Below, piece after piece: positions 25,020-37,073 of a stretch of DNA of 64,000 nt. The stretch is from Adineta vaga (lineage: Eukaryota > Animalia > Rotifera), in assembly GCA_021613535.1 (NCBI GenBank), contig CP075495.1:806001-870000 (forward strand), written 5' to 3'. The position numbers and the translations under genes are program-made. The notes beneath the pieces were generated by a model, which searched no databases, was not told the DNA's origin, and was given only the letters and a program-made list of their open reading frames with translations. Each line of letters begins with the position of its first letter. Position 1 is the stretch's first letter.

Positions 25020-25150
25020 AAACTTACCAACATACATTTCCTAAACAAACAAGGACAGATATTAAAATGGTTGTCTGCAACCAAAGTCGTCTCGATGCTA
25101 AAGATGAACTGATACGTAAACGACCAAAATAATCATTATTAAGAAAAATG
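25020..25150 (+). mobile_element. Possible 3' remnant of a reverse-transcriptase (Penelope-like) element ORF
   Basis: DIKMVVCNQSRLDAKDELIRKRPK*SLL resembles RT-element C-termini as recalled; short and degenerate. Confidence 0.25.
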
Positions 25151-25662
25151 AGTAAATTATTATAAAACCTATGGCATAAAGCCAATATATACGGTCATCT
25201 TTATTCTATTTTAAATATAGAAGGAAACAAAAAACAACATTAACAATTGATTCCAAACGAACTAATTGTCTTTTGAAAAAATACAAGTTCATTAATTTTC
25301 AATACTGTTGTTGATATAGATGTCAGACATCACATGGCGTAAAGATATGTTTTCGAAAGAAAGAGATAAAGTTAGACAAGCATCTCATACTCTTAAAATA
25401 ACTATCGAAAGAAGAGAACAGGCATTTGCTTCCCTTCGCCTATAGGGTGCACCGCCAATGGTTCGTCTGTCTTAGTTACGATTTAAATACCATCATCGCA
25501 TTAGTCACTTCGATAATTTTTGGTCGCCTGCATTGAGTGTTTTCTTTCTTCGTCAAACACAAGTTTTACATATACGTATATACATACACATTATAAGTGT
25601 GTTGCTATCCATATCCAAACAAACAATCAGAACTCAACATCGCACACGTGAAACTTAAAAGA

Positions 25663-26502
25663 ATGAAGTTTATTATTAGTCTACTGTTATGTTCGTTCGC
25701 TGTATTGGCATTCAGATTGCACATCAAAACTTATAATCTATTATATGGTCCATTTCATGTGAATTTGAATAATATTTATTCTTGCCATCAACAATACATG
25801 GATGAGTCTTATTGGTCGTTCTATGCTGAATATTTAGAACTCGAATTAGGTGAAGATCAAATTGAAGATGGACCATTACTATATACATATCATTATTTTC
25901 ATCCTTACCGAAACCCATCTGGTGTATTTCGAAAGGTGAAAAAAATAGAATCAGATAGTTCCTTTACTAGATTGTTCGAGTCAGGTTTGAAAATGAAGGT
26001 GAAAATAAGCGATGGAGACGAACGTGAAATCATCTTGGATATATTTTCATTGAAATTATATATTAAATTACCAACCATTTACTCATCTAAATATCATTCA
26101 CGACACTCTTATAGATTCCATTTGTATTCAATAGATACTTTGAGATGTATCATGCATAAGTTGAATGAAATAAAACGATCCAAAAATCCTACATGGATCG
26201 ATAAATTACCGTACGTTTCATACATTGAAGAAATGTATTCGAAAGATCCGACGACATTCAATGAAGCTATAGTAAGAAAATGTGGCATTTTTATTGGTTA
26301 TTTATATAAGCCACGTGGTGAATTAGTTTAACAGTTCAACTCTAGTAATCTCTATGAGATTCCATCTAAAACTGCATTTAATTCAAGTGACTCATACAGT
26401 CAACAGTTCTTTTTATTCGTAACTGTTCTTCTCTTTTTGGTAATATCACTTGTGGTAACACTCAAAACTCTATCCAATTCTATGGAACGAAACAATAACT
26501 GA
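25663..26502 (+). pseudogene. Uncharacterised membrane protein with an in-frame TAA at 26329-26331
   Basis: N-terminal hydrophobic leader; the frame continues past the TAA into a TM helix FFLFVTVLLFLVISLVVTL, ending at TGA 26502. Confidence 0.5.
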
Positions 26503-27464
26503 AAAATGACACCAAAAGAAACTTTAGTAAGTTACTTACAAACGAATTCTTTTTTTCCTCCAATGATCACGAATATTCTTGAATAAATCTAATATACTAA
26601 CACATATTTAATAATATCATTTGTTTAATAATAATCAAATACGTAGGTAAATCATTATAAGATATCGATCGTTAGACGAGATGATCGAGGGAAAGGATAT
26701 TCAAGTAAATTCAATACAGATACATCTATTAATTCTGAGCACATTTATAATCAAGGTGTATGTTTCGTAAAATAAAAATGTGTACAATCAAAACTTTGTA
26801 GAGATTGGAATGAATTACTATGATTGGATTCGTGGGCGAAGATTGACACGTTTGATTGTGAATGATATTCAATTTTTGTAATCGTGAATAAGATACTTTC
26901 GTACGAATTAATTTTGACGATTGAAATCCAAGTATCTTTTGCGATGGTTGTAAAAGTCTCGTATCGGAATCAATCAATCCGAGTAATTTATCGAATTGAG
27001 CTAAAAATCCATAGCTATTTTAAATTGATTATTGATTTAATTTGTTTATCGGAAATAGAAAAAATCATTTTATAGATGAAAGGCTTTGGAAAAAACTAAC
27101 TTTATAATAATCTTCAACAATAATTACTAAATAACATTCTTCAAATTCATCTTGATACTTCGAATCTCAATTAAAATTTTCGAGAAGATCGAATATTTGG
27201 TTTCTCTGTTTATTCTTCATGTACTATTATTCCATTATTATTTCGTATTTCTTTTTGTTTTCGAAAAAAAAGTTCATTTCAATTTGTTAACTTTAAACAT
27301 GAAAACTAAATCTGATCTAGGTTTAAAATAGACTCAAATGAATATCATCTCAGTACAGCTTCTTTTCATAGATAAAAATCTTGTTTATCAATTAACTTAA
27401 ATCTTCTTAAAACTAAAGTAACAAAATAGAAATTTTTCATTCCATTCTATTTCTATGTTCACAA

Positions 27465-28377
27465 ATGATATCAAACATTTTTTTTCTAACTAATTTTACA
27501 TTTACAATATTCATATCGACAATTAGTTTAATTATTTGTATTTTAACAATTTCGATTATTTATCATAATCATCAATTTCATTCAATAAATAATCTTCTTC
27601 TATGTAATACTTTCATTGGCAGGAATATTATATTCATTAGTTTCAATCTTTGGATCAATATCGGGTTTTCATGAAGATTGGATATTATCTTCTACACTTT
27701 GTTCATTTCGTGCTTATTTATTTAATTTAGCTATTGCCGCACTTTGTCATTCGAAATCTTTACATACAATAAGTCGATTATTATCTACAATTTTTTATAA
27801 ACATCGATATTTATTAACACGGCGTGCACATCGAATCTATATTCTTCTTACTTGGATTATTTGTATAATCATATGTATTCCGCCGTTCTTTATCGATGGT
27901 GGTTATGCTTATGAAAATGAATCGCGTAGTTGTGTTGTTTCAAGTCATATGTATTTCTTAGCGTTGTATATTTCAATGGTTTCATGTTTTATTCCATTTC
28001 TTATTATTGGATTTGTTTATATTGCCATTCTAATACATGTTCAACGTTCGAGTCGACGAGTTGAAGTTTCGATGAACGGAAATATGATGCAAAAAAGTAA
28101 ACGTGAGGTGAAATTAATGAAAAAAATGCTTATTCAAACGAATATTCTTCTCTCTGGTGGACCCATCTTTATATTTCTTATCTTTTGACATATGATTATG
28201 AAACGTTCAGCACCTGAACCTTTATATCTATTAGGTTTTACTTTAATGATTATCGTAGGATCATTAGTACCAATAGCTCAATTTCTAATGAATAAACAAT
28301 TAAAACAATTTATTCGTCAATATTTTCATCGACGTCAAACAGCGATAACAATTATGAAACCCACTCAACAAATATAA
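27465..28377 (+). pseudogene. Rhodopsin-class GPCR copy 1 (frameshift near 27612, TGA at 28186)
   Basis: 7TM layout: NNLLLCN, LCSFRAY, ISRL, YENESRSC, KREVKL, PEPLY; TGA aligns with TGG (Trp) in copy 2. Confidence 0.8.
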
Positions 28378-29123
28378 TACCTCGCCTATTATCTCAATTT
28401 AAATAACAAAAGAAGATACAAAATCGTCCATGACTTTAATGTAGTTTTATACCGAAGAACATCTTCTCTTTTGATGATTTTCTTTTTTGTGTATTTGAAT
28501 TGTATCTACAGTTGAGAATGAGTAAAAGTAGAATATATTTATATATCAATCACACTTTCGCCCTAGGTTTGTTCTTAAAAAGACCAATTGAACATATTAT
28601 AACAAATAGCACAGAAAGAAAGACTATCATTCTACGTCAAAGAAACTTTGATCAAGCTTAATTTGTGGCACTAAAATATCGTTGTCATTACTTTTTGAAT
28701 ACATCTATGTAAATTTGTTTTTGATAATAATATCGTAGGTGGAAAATATTATTTTGCGGATGAAAGTCTTAGTTGTGGAAAGTTAAACAATGATTACTAA
28801 ATGACACTCTACAATCTCAAGTGACATTTTTTTATAATGACTTAATATTACTATTTCATCTATGTTTTATCAATGAAAATCTCAATAAGATATTCTTACT
28901 TAATGTCTGTCGGTTTTAAAGATTAAAAACTAATCATCATGAAAATGAATTGCGTATTTTATCAGACAAAAGTTGAATAGAAATCCATTATTTTCATTTA
29001 TCAGAATTTGATTTATTACACTTTCACGTAAAAAGAAAATAATTCCCATCTTAAAAGAATAAACTTTGAAAAAATCTCTCCGAGACAGAAATTTATCATT
29101 CCATTCGATTTCTATGTTCACAA

Positions 29124-30036
29124 ATGCTCTCAAATGATTTTTATATTATTAATTCTACATTTACAATATTCATATCAATAACTAGTTTAATTATTAGTCT
29201 TTTAACGATTTTAATTATTTATCATAATCATCAATTTTATTCAATAAATAATCTTCTTCTTTGTAATTCTTCATTCGCTACAATTTTCTATTTTTTAATT
29301 TCAATCTTTGGATCAATATCTGCTTTTCATAAAGATTGGATATTACCTTCTACACTTTGTTCATTTCGTGCCTATTGTTTGAATATAGCTATTGCCGCTC
29401 TCAGTTATTCGAAATCTTTAGATGCAATAAGTCGATTATTATCCACTGTTTTTTATAAACATCGATATTTATTAACATATCGTGCACATCGAATCTATAT
29501 TCTTCTTACTTGGATTATTTGTATAATCATATGTATTTCTCCGTTCTTTATCGATGGTGGTTATGCTTATGAAAATGAATCGCGTAGTTGTGTTCATATC
29601 AAGTCATATGTATTTCTTAGCATTGTATATTTCAATGGTTTCATGTTTAATTCCATTTTGTATCATTGCATTTGTTTATATTGCGATTTTAATACATGTT
29701 CAACGTTCAAGTCGACGAGTCGAAGTTTCAATGAATAGAAATATACTTCAAACTAGTAAACGTGAAATGAAAGTAGTGAGAAAAATGCTTATTCAAATAA
29801 ATATTCTTTTTGCTGGTGGACAAACCTTTCTCTTTCTAATCATTTGGCATATGATTACGAAACGTTCAGCACCTGAACCATTATATCCATTATGTCTTAC
29901 TTCGATAACTCTTGTAATCTCAGTAGTACCGATTATTCAAATTATCGTAAATAAAAAATTAAAACAATTTATTCGTCAATATATCTATCGACATCAAACA
30001 GTAATTAGAATTATAAAACCTATTGAACACGCATAA
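29124..30036 (+). CDS. Rhodopsin-class GPCR copy 2 (one +1 indel near 29596, possibly a sequencing error)
   Basis: Close paralog of copy 1, about 1.66 kb downstream; ORFs 29124-29738 and 29554-30036 join into a full 7TM protein. Confidence 0.75.
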
Positions 30037-30385
30037 TTAATAACAGATCTTTTCAATTGAAGTAACGAAAGATGTTATTAATAAATAAAAGCAAATTTCA
30101 GTACGATACAAAATCGTCCGTGACTTTAATGTACTTTGTATAAGAAAGAACACCTTCGCTTTTGTTTGTTTTCTTTTTTGCGTATTTCAATTGCATCTCT
30201 GTTTGTTGTAGATGTTTTTTATTTAAATAAACTTCTATGGTAACAAATTAGCAAGGACATTAATTATAAGTTTTGAAAAGAAGTCTAAATAAGTTTGATT
30301 TTATATAATAATAAAAAATAATTAAATTAGAAAGAGAAAAAAAGACACTTGTTTCAATCTCTGAATTCTTTTTCATTTGTAAAGA

Positions 30386-33300
30386 ATGTTTCGTTTGATT
30401 ATATTCTTACTTTTGTCTTGTGAGTTTCTTGATGGTATACATTTCAATGGTGGTACTATACGTTGGGAACCTATTAATCCAACTTTGAATTCAAGTTCTA
30501 TTCCTATAAGTATTATTCAAACATATTCTTGGACTTATCCAACGATATCTTGTGCAACTGATGTTCCTATATCAACTCCTGGTCGAAGTGGATCAAATAC
30601 GAGTCTAATGTGCGTTACAGATTGTACAACAGATGGAGGTTATTCAGCAAATCCTGTAGATATTTTAACTGATTGTCAAACAGTGAATACAGCATTAGGT
30701 ATGATGACAAGTCAACGATCAGTTAATATTAATTTAACAGCTGATGCACATTTCTATTTGGCTTATGTTGGATCTGCTTGGTTACCATTGAATAATCCGA
30801 CGGAAAATGGACTTGAATGGTCTATTGTATGTTTTATTGATCTTCGTATGAGACCCGATGGAATTATTAATACACCACCTGTTGCAAGTGTTGTTTCTCC
30901 ACAATATGCAATTGTTAATCAAACAACTCAAATAACAATTCCAGTTTCAGATGTAAATGCTGGTGATGATGTACGTTGTCGATGGTCTATTTATAATTCT
31001 GGAAGTCGACGACGACGCCGACGTAGTATAAATGAAGATGAATATAATAATCAAACATATCAAATAAAGACAAGTTCAAAATCAATTAAAGACTCAGAAA
31101 CTGTTCATATACGAGTACGAAGACAATATTATAATTGTTGGAATTGTTATTCTACATGTGCATATAATTGTCCATGTAGTTGCTATTCTTGTATGGGTAC
31201 AACCTGTTCTGGTTCACAATGTAATTCAGCATCGGGTTGTTCAGTTGGAACTACAACTGTTGGAACTACAACTGTTGAAACTCCGGGTACATTAAAATCA
31301 ACTTCATCCTATTCTAATCGACAACCAATTGATGAATGTGGTGGTATTTGTTTCCCAAATAGTTTACCTACAGGTACAACATTATCTGGATGTACAATAA
31401 CATTTACAGGTCTTGTACCTAATACTTGGTATGGTGTTTCTGTTCAGGTAAAAATTCTAATTAAAACATTTATTTATTTATTCTTTTTTTTTTCCATAGG
31501 TTGAAGATTTCATTAATAGTACAAGTAATACATCGATGAGTTCAGTTCCTGTTCAATTTTTGATCTATGTTCAACCTCAACCAACATGTGGATTAAAACC
31601 AATTATTCTTCCATTAACCGGTTGTTTAGATGTTCAAGTTGGTGTTTCGACAAGTTTCGATTATCAACAGTGACTTTATGCAATCCAGCTGTATCCGATA
31701 TTACAGATCTGTCAATTGTTAATAGTATATCTGGAATGAATGCAAGTAATCTTATAACTTCATCGATTAATGCATCGATTTCTTATATAACATTTACTTG
31801 GATACCTCAAATCAATCAAGTTGGATCACAAAAACTATGTGTTATCGCTTCGACTGAGTAAAAACAAACATTCATTTCTTCTTCTATATCAAATTTTCTT
31901 TTCCAATTTTTGATTATTAATAGAGAAAAACTTTCATCTTCGATCTATTGTGTAACATTCAATGTTATTTCATCAGGTATACCTTGTGTAACAACAACAA
32001 CGACGACTACATCGACAACAACAACAACAACGACTACATCAACAACGACAACGACTACATCAACGACATCAACAACAACGACTACATCATCAACAACAAC
32101 AACAACAACGACTACGTCAACAACGACAACAACTACATCAACAACAACAACAACGACAACATCAACAACGACAACGATTACAACAATGTAAATATTCTTC
32201 ATATTAATTAAAGGAACCTATTTAAGTGCTAAGTAGAATAATATAAATTCTAAGTAGAAAATTCAATATTTTCTAAGTAATTTCTTTAATACAGATCTAA
32301 GTAAGAAAAGATTTTTTGCTAAGTAAATTATTTAAATTCTCAGTAAAAAACGACACATTTTCTACACAAATTATTATAAATTAATAGGTAGATATATAAC
32401 TTTTGCTAAAGTAAAGAAACAGAAATTTCCAAGTAAAAACTACAACTTGAATAGTTAATCGATTAATAAAGCTCGTGTTGCTTTTCGTGGTCGTCCTCGC
32501 TTTCTTTTTTCACCCACAGGTACATCCTTCGCTATTGAAGATGGTTTATAATACTTTAATCTAATTTCCATAACACTCGTTATCTTTTCATAGTCACTTT
32601 TATTTAACAATATTTTTTCTTTTTTAACTTACCAAAAATTTTAGTCACTTAAAAATATTATTTCTCTTGAGCATTTGATGAATTCACTGAGCATCTAATT
32701 GTTCTACTGAGTATTGATATATTATACTTAACAATAATCTACTTAGCATTTAAATAGCAGACTTAATTAAATAGTTTGTCAATCAAATGAATTTTATTTT
32801 TAGGACTACGACAATATCTCCAAGTAAAATAATCTTTCGATATGATTTATCAAATTTTTCTTTATTTAGAACAAAGTATCAATTGGCCATTAATTGTAGG
32901 TTTATCTCTATTAGCTCTCTTACTTTCTCTTTGTTTCTGTTGTTGTTGTCTCTATTGGTTACTATTGTAAGTAAAACTAATTTTCATATTTCGATCAGAA
33001 ATTTTGAAAAAACTCTTTTCATCTCTTTGTATAATAGAGCTCCAGGTAGTAGACGTCGTCGTCGACAAAGAAATCAAGAGAATAACGCTGAAAAAGATAC
33101 ATTTATACCCGAAGTTGTATTGAAGAAATGTCCGTTTCTTCGTCGGATTTTTCATATTAAAAAAAAGAATAATAATGATTCAAATTATGATCTATTAAAG
33201 ATGAATTACAGTGTCGGAAATATATCACCAACAGATTTACGATTAACTACTGCTTCTCCTCCGATCATTCAACAAAAAAATATCAATAATCGTTCATCGA

Positions 33301-33500
33301 TTATACAACAAGATGAATCTGTTCTTGTCAAAGAAGAAATTCTTCAATCATTAACAGAATTCAATGATCCACCTCGAACATCAAATGCAGTTCAAATAAC
33401 TCGAGTTCCACGACGAAGTACGACGACTCGAAAACAACCTTCCATGTATCTAATACCAAAATTAATAACTCGGAAAGTCGACCATCGAAAAGTAGCGTAA
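30386..33500 (+). CDS. Type I cell-surface protein: HFNGGTIRW...NTPP...DVNAGDDVRCRWS domain, furin sites, Cys-rich insert, Thr-rich stalk, TM and cytoplasmic tail (about 6 exons)
   Basis: Signal peptide; RRRRRRS and RVRR; exons about 30386-31447, 31500-31857, 31924-32187, 32803-32822, 32870-32966 (TM), 33038-33500; one indel near 31660. Confidence 0.7.
31991..32187 (+). repeat. (ACA/ACG/ACT/TCA)n coding repeat, poly-Thr/Ser mucin-like stalk
   Basis: About 65 consecutive Thr/Ser codons. Confidence 0.95.
32213..32762 (-). mobile_element. Non-autonomous Mutator-like (MULE) element in an intron, 550 bp
   Basis: 9-bp TSD TTAATTAAA (32204-32212 and 32763-32771); TIRs GGAACCTATTTAAGTGCTAAGTAGA / GTCTGCTATTTAAATGCTAAGTAGA; subterminal CTAAGTA repeats; internal 32571-32455 encodes MEIRLKYYKPSSIAKDVPVGEKRKRGRPRKATRALLID*, like a SWIM-transposase C-terminus. 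Confidence 0.85.
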
Positions 33501-34674
33501 CTGTAATTAAACTTTCACGTCATTCATGAATATATATTTTTATTTGTAATCTTTGTATCTACGTTCTTTTGTTTACGTTAGAAACAAAACAAAAAAGTCA
33601 TTTGATTTTTTTCTTCTTCGTCCTTCTTATTCATTTCAAATTGTTTAATATGTTGTTAAGTCTTTTTTTAGCTTTCAAATAGTAAAAAGAAGAAATGTAT
33701 AATTATATAAGATTTCATTTGTTTGTTCGATGACTATACAACCTTCATTTAGTGCAAAAAAATTCCTCTTAAAAAGTTCATTTCTTGTTTGAGGATTAAA
33801 ATACATTTAAAATCAAACTCGTTTTTTGTCCACGTGAGATGAAATTTCAAGGTTGTTGTTTTTATTTAAAAAGAAGTTCTAAATTTTTTTTCTTCTATTA
33901 TAAATGAATACTACGTGATAAAGGTAAATGCACTCGGAATGATAAGAGAAATTAAATGAATATTATATTAGATCGGTGTATTTTACTAAACTATTTCTTA
34001 TTTGATTAGAAACGAAAAAAAAATAGATTGATTTTATATCAACATCGTCCGATTCTAGAGAGAGAAAGAGAGAAGAAAGAACCGTTACTAGGGTTGTTAT
34101 ATGATTTGTTGTAACGACAATTAAGAAATGTTGTCAATCGGACAACCAACGCTTTTTTTTTTCTCTCTCTATATTTAACAATTGAGAATCTATATATAAG
34201 AGAAGAAGAACGACGGTCGCATAGCATATTTGTCTAATACAAACAGTAACGAAAGTTCAATCAACTATAAGGTAAGAATTGATGGTATCGTTTTAGTGTT
34301 GATCAATTAAGAATTTCTTGAATAGAAAAGAAGATTTTACGTCTTCTCTTCTGTCGATCGAGCTAATTAAGTTTCTTTTTTCTTTTTTTCTTAAATAACA
34401 TTCACAATAAAAGAATTGTCGTTACCGTAAGATGTAATTTTCCAATCTTACTTTTCATAATTTCTTCTCACTCACATTCACTTTTGTTAATGTATGTGTC
34501 AAATGAACAAGAAGAGAATATAAAGTATACGTTCACAGTTCTTCTAGTACATAATAAGAGATCTCTTAGCAACAGTTTATTATCTTTCTTATATAAACAC
34601 AGAAATTGAATATTTTAATGCAAATAACAGAGTTCATTGAGTTCTTTTTTTTATTATTTTAGTTCTAAATCAAG

Positions 34675-35403
34675 ATGTCTCACGCTGAATCAAGTCGACT
34701 TGCATATAATCGTTTTTTAGAATATGAAAGTTCTATGAAAAATCATGCATATGGATACAGTCGACCTTATAATCCAACACCAATTGGTTTCTGTGCATTT
34801 TCTTTAACATTATTTGTTTATTCATTTTATATGGCTGGTGCAACTGTACCAATAACAGCATCAGCTTCAATTGCTATGGGTCTTGGTCTTTTCTATGGTG
34901 GTGTTATTGAATTAATTGCTGGTATCTTTGAACTTCGTATAGGAAACAATTTCTATGCTTTAACATTCTTTTCCTATGCTGGTTATTGGCTTGGACTTGC
35001 TGCACTTTATGTTAGTGGTTCATTTGCATTTATGACACCATTTGCAGCTGATACAGTTGCATTTTACAATGCAATGGGTGTTTTTTATCTTGCCTGGACC
35101 ATTTTTACTTTAGCTATGTTGATTTCATCAATTCGAACAAATGTTATTACTGTTATTTTCTTCTTCTTCTTACTATTAACTTATATTTTATTCACTGCAA
35201 GTTACTTCCGTGAAGGTCATTATGATTTACGACGTGCAGGAGGTGCAATTGGTATCTTTACTGCAGTTATTGGTTGGTATAAAGCATTTGCAAGTTTACT
35301 TATTAAAGGTGATAATGCTTATTTTGAATTACCTTTATTTGATATTTCACGACGATCAGCCGAACCAGTTGGAAGTAAAGTCGTCGAAACTCGTGCTAAA
35401 TAA
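34675..35403 (+). CDS. GPR1/FUN34/YaaH (AceTr, Ady2/SatP-like) acetate/carboxylate transporter
   Basis: NPTPIGFCAF (NPAPLGL variant), FYGGVIELIAG, GNNF...FFSYAGYW, 6 TM; CDS intronless, 5' UTR intron about 34272-34662. Confidence 0.9.
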   Translation: MSHAESSRLAYNRFLEYESSMKNHAYGYSRPYNPTPIGFCAFSLTLFVYSFYMAGATVPITASASIAMGLGLFYGGVIELIAGIFELRIGNNFYALTFFSYAGYWLGLAALYVSGSFAFMTPFAADTVAFYNAMGVFYLAWTIFTLAMLISSIRTNVITVIFFFFLLLTYILFTASYFREGHYDLRRAGGAIGIFTAVIGWYKAFASLLIKGDNAYFELPLFDISRRSAEPVGSKVVETRAK

Positions 35404-35787
35404 AGAACAAGAAGGAAAAGACATATGAACTAATCAGCTTTTTCTAGATATTCGTTTTTCTTTTACAAATTTTGCTGTTGACCTACTAACACTAATCCAA
35501 AACTATCCAATAAAATAAACCCGCATGTTTGTATCGTATGAAAAGAAAAGAAAAAAGAACTTAAAATTTTATTATTACAAATTAAAATAAAAAGAAGAAA
35601 AGAATATCGAATGCATCAGCTGCATGAACAAATACTTTGATTCTTTAGAAAATATATTATCTCATTGATAAAAAATGTTCTTTTTCCTAATTAATAAAAC
35701 ATCTGTTTCCTATAATGATATTTTATCTATATAAGACCGTGTATTAATTCTTGTTTTTATGCTATTCATTCTAAATAAAAAAATAAG

Positions 35788-35988
35788 ATGCGTTTTACAA
35801 CAATTTTTATCTGCGCTCTCGTTTGTCTTTTGGTCGTTGGAAGCAACGCTGAAACAAATACTGATGCTGCTCAACCTGCTTCAAACAATAATAATGCTCA
35901 AACCAATGACAACTCAGCCCCGCAAAATGTTAATCCTGATGCATTCGCAGGTTTAATGGACTGGCTCAATGATGGGTCTGACAAATGA
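35788..35988 (+). CDS. Small secreted acidic peptide, paralog 1 (66 aa)
   Basis: Signal MRFTTIFICALVCLLVVGSNA; N/D/Q-rich spacer; amphipathic FAGLMDWLNDG; TATA box upstream. Confidence 0.75.
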   Translation: MRFTTIFICALVCLLVVGSNAETNTDAAQPASNNNNAQTNDNSAPQNVNPDAFAGLMDWLNDGSDK

Positions 35989-36735
35989 TAGAAAACCTTT
36001 TTTTTTCTTTCGAAACATTTTAATGTTGAAGTTTGAAGAAAAAATTCTTTCATTTCTTGATTTCAATCTTTATTCGAATAAACATAATCATAAAAGATTG
36101 AATTGATCATCGAATTTGCAATTGAATTATTAAAGATAAATATCATAACGAATAAGATATACACTATCATGACTTTATAAGATAATCGAGTTATACGATC
36201 TTTTAATATATATATAGTTTCACATGTGTATATCAATGTTGTTAGGATTGAAGGAATCAATGAAAACTAAGATCTATACTAGCTGTATGTTTATGTTTTG
36301 TTGTCCTATACTTTACTGTTGATAATCATTATATAAGATAAAGTAAAATTTTCGGATAACAAATGTTCTCAATTAAGTCTTAATAGATCATCATGTACAT
36401 TTATTACATCATATTAATAATTTATATTTTATATACATTTCATTTCTTCTAAATTACTTCTAATAAGAATATATTAATATATTAAAATCAATCTCTATAA
36501 TAATGATTAAAAGATACAATAGAATGTATCCGCTGCATAACATATTAACAATCATTACGACGATATTTTTTTGTTTCACATGTCCATATCATGTGACTCC
36601 AAGACCTCCATTCACAGATAGCATTCAATATAAACAAAGAAAACATCTGTTTCTCAATCTATTAATGACTTTCTATACCCATATAAGATCGTTGAAAGAT
36701 GATTCCATACAGATTTATCTTTGAAGAGAGACGAG

Positions 36736-36948
36736 ATGCGTTTTACAACAATTTTTATTTATGTTCTCGTTTGTCTTTTGGTCATTGGAAGTACAGTCGA
36801 ATATGTTAAAGCTGACAATCAAGATACAGCCAACACTGATGGTCTTACCAATACTGATTTAGATGGTGATGTTCCAAAAGGTTTACAAGAAGAATTGGAA
36901 AACTGGCTTAAAGAACATCAAGGTTTCATTCAACCAGATCCAAATTAA
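36736..36948 (+). CDS. Small secreted acidic peptide, paralog 2 (70 aa)
   Basis: Signal MRFTTIFIYVLVCLLVIGS; amphipathic LQEELENWLKEH; upstream region homologous to that of paralog 1; AATAAA downstream. Confidence 0.75.
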   Translation: MRFTTIFIYVLVCLLVIGSTVEYVKADNQDTANTDGLTNTDLDGDVPKGLQEELENWLKEHQGFIQPDPN

Positions 36949-37073
36949 AGAGAAGTTTTCATATTCTTTCTTTTCATTATGTCTTCATCAATAACCAGAA
37001 TAAAACGACGAGAGATGAATCATATATCTCAAAGAATAATATATAGATCAGAATATTTTGGTTATTTATATTT

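Noticed and set aside
26700-27160. Degenerate F-box-like relic on the minus strand
   Set aside because: Too many stops and indels to support a call
31945-32211. Poly-Val and poly-Asn/Asp ORFs
   Set aside because: Alternative frames and antisense of the poly-Thr repeat
32213-32450. Regularly spaced CTAAGTA motifs resembling a CRISPR-like array
   Set aside because: Short irregular subterminal repeats of a MULE in a eukaryotic intron; no cas genes
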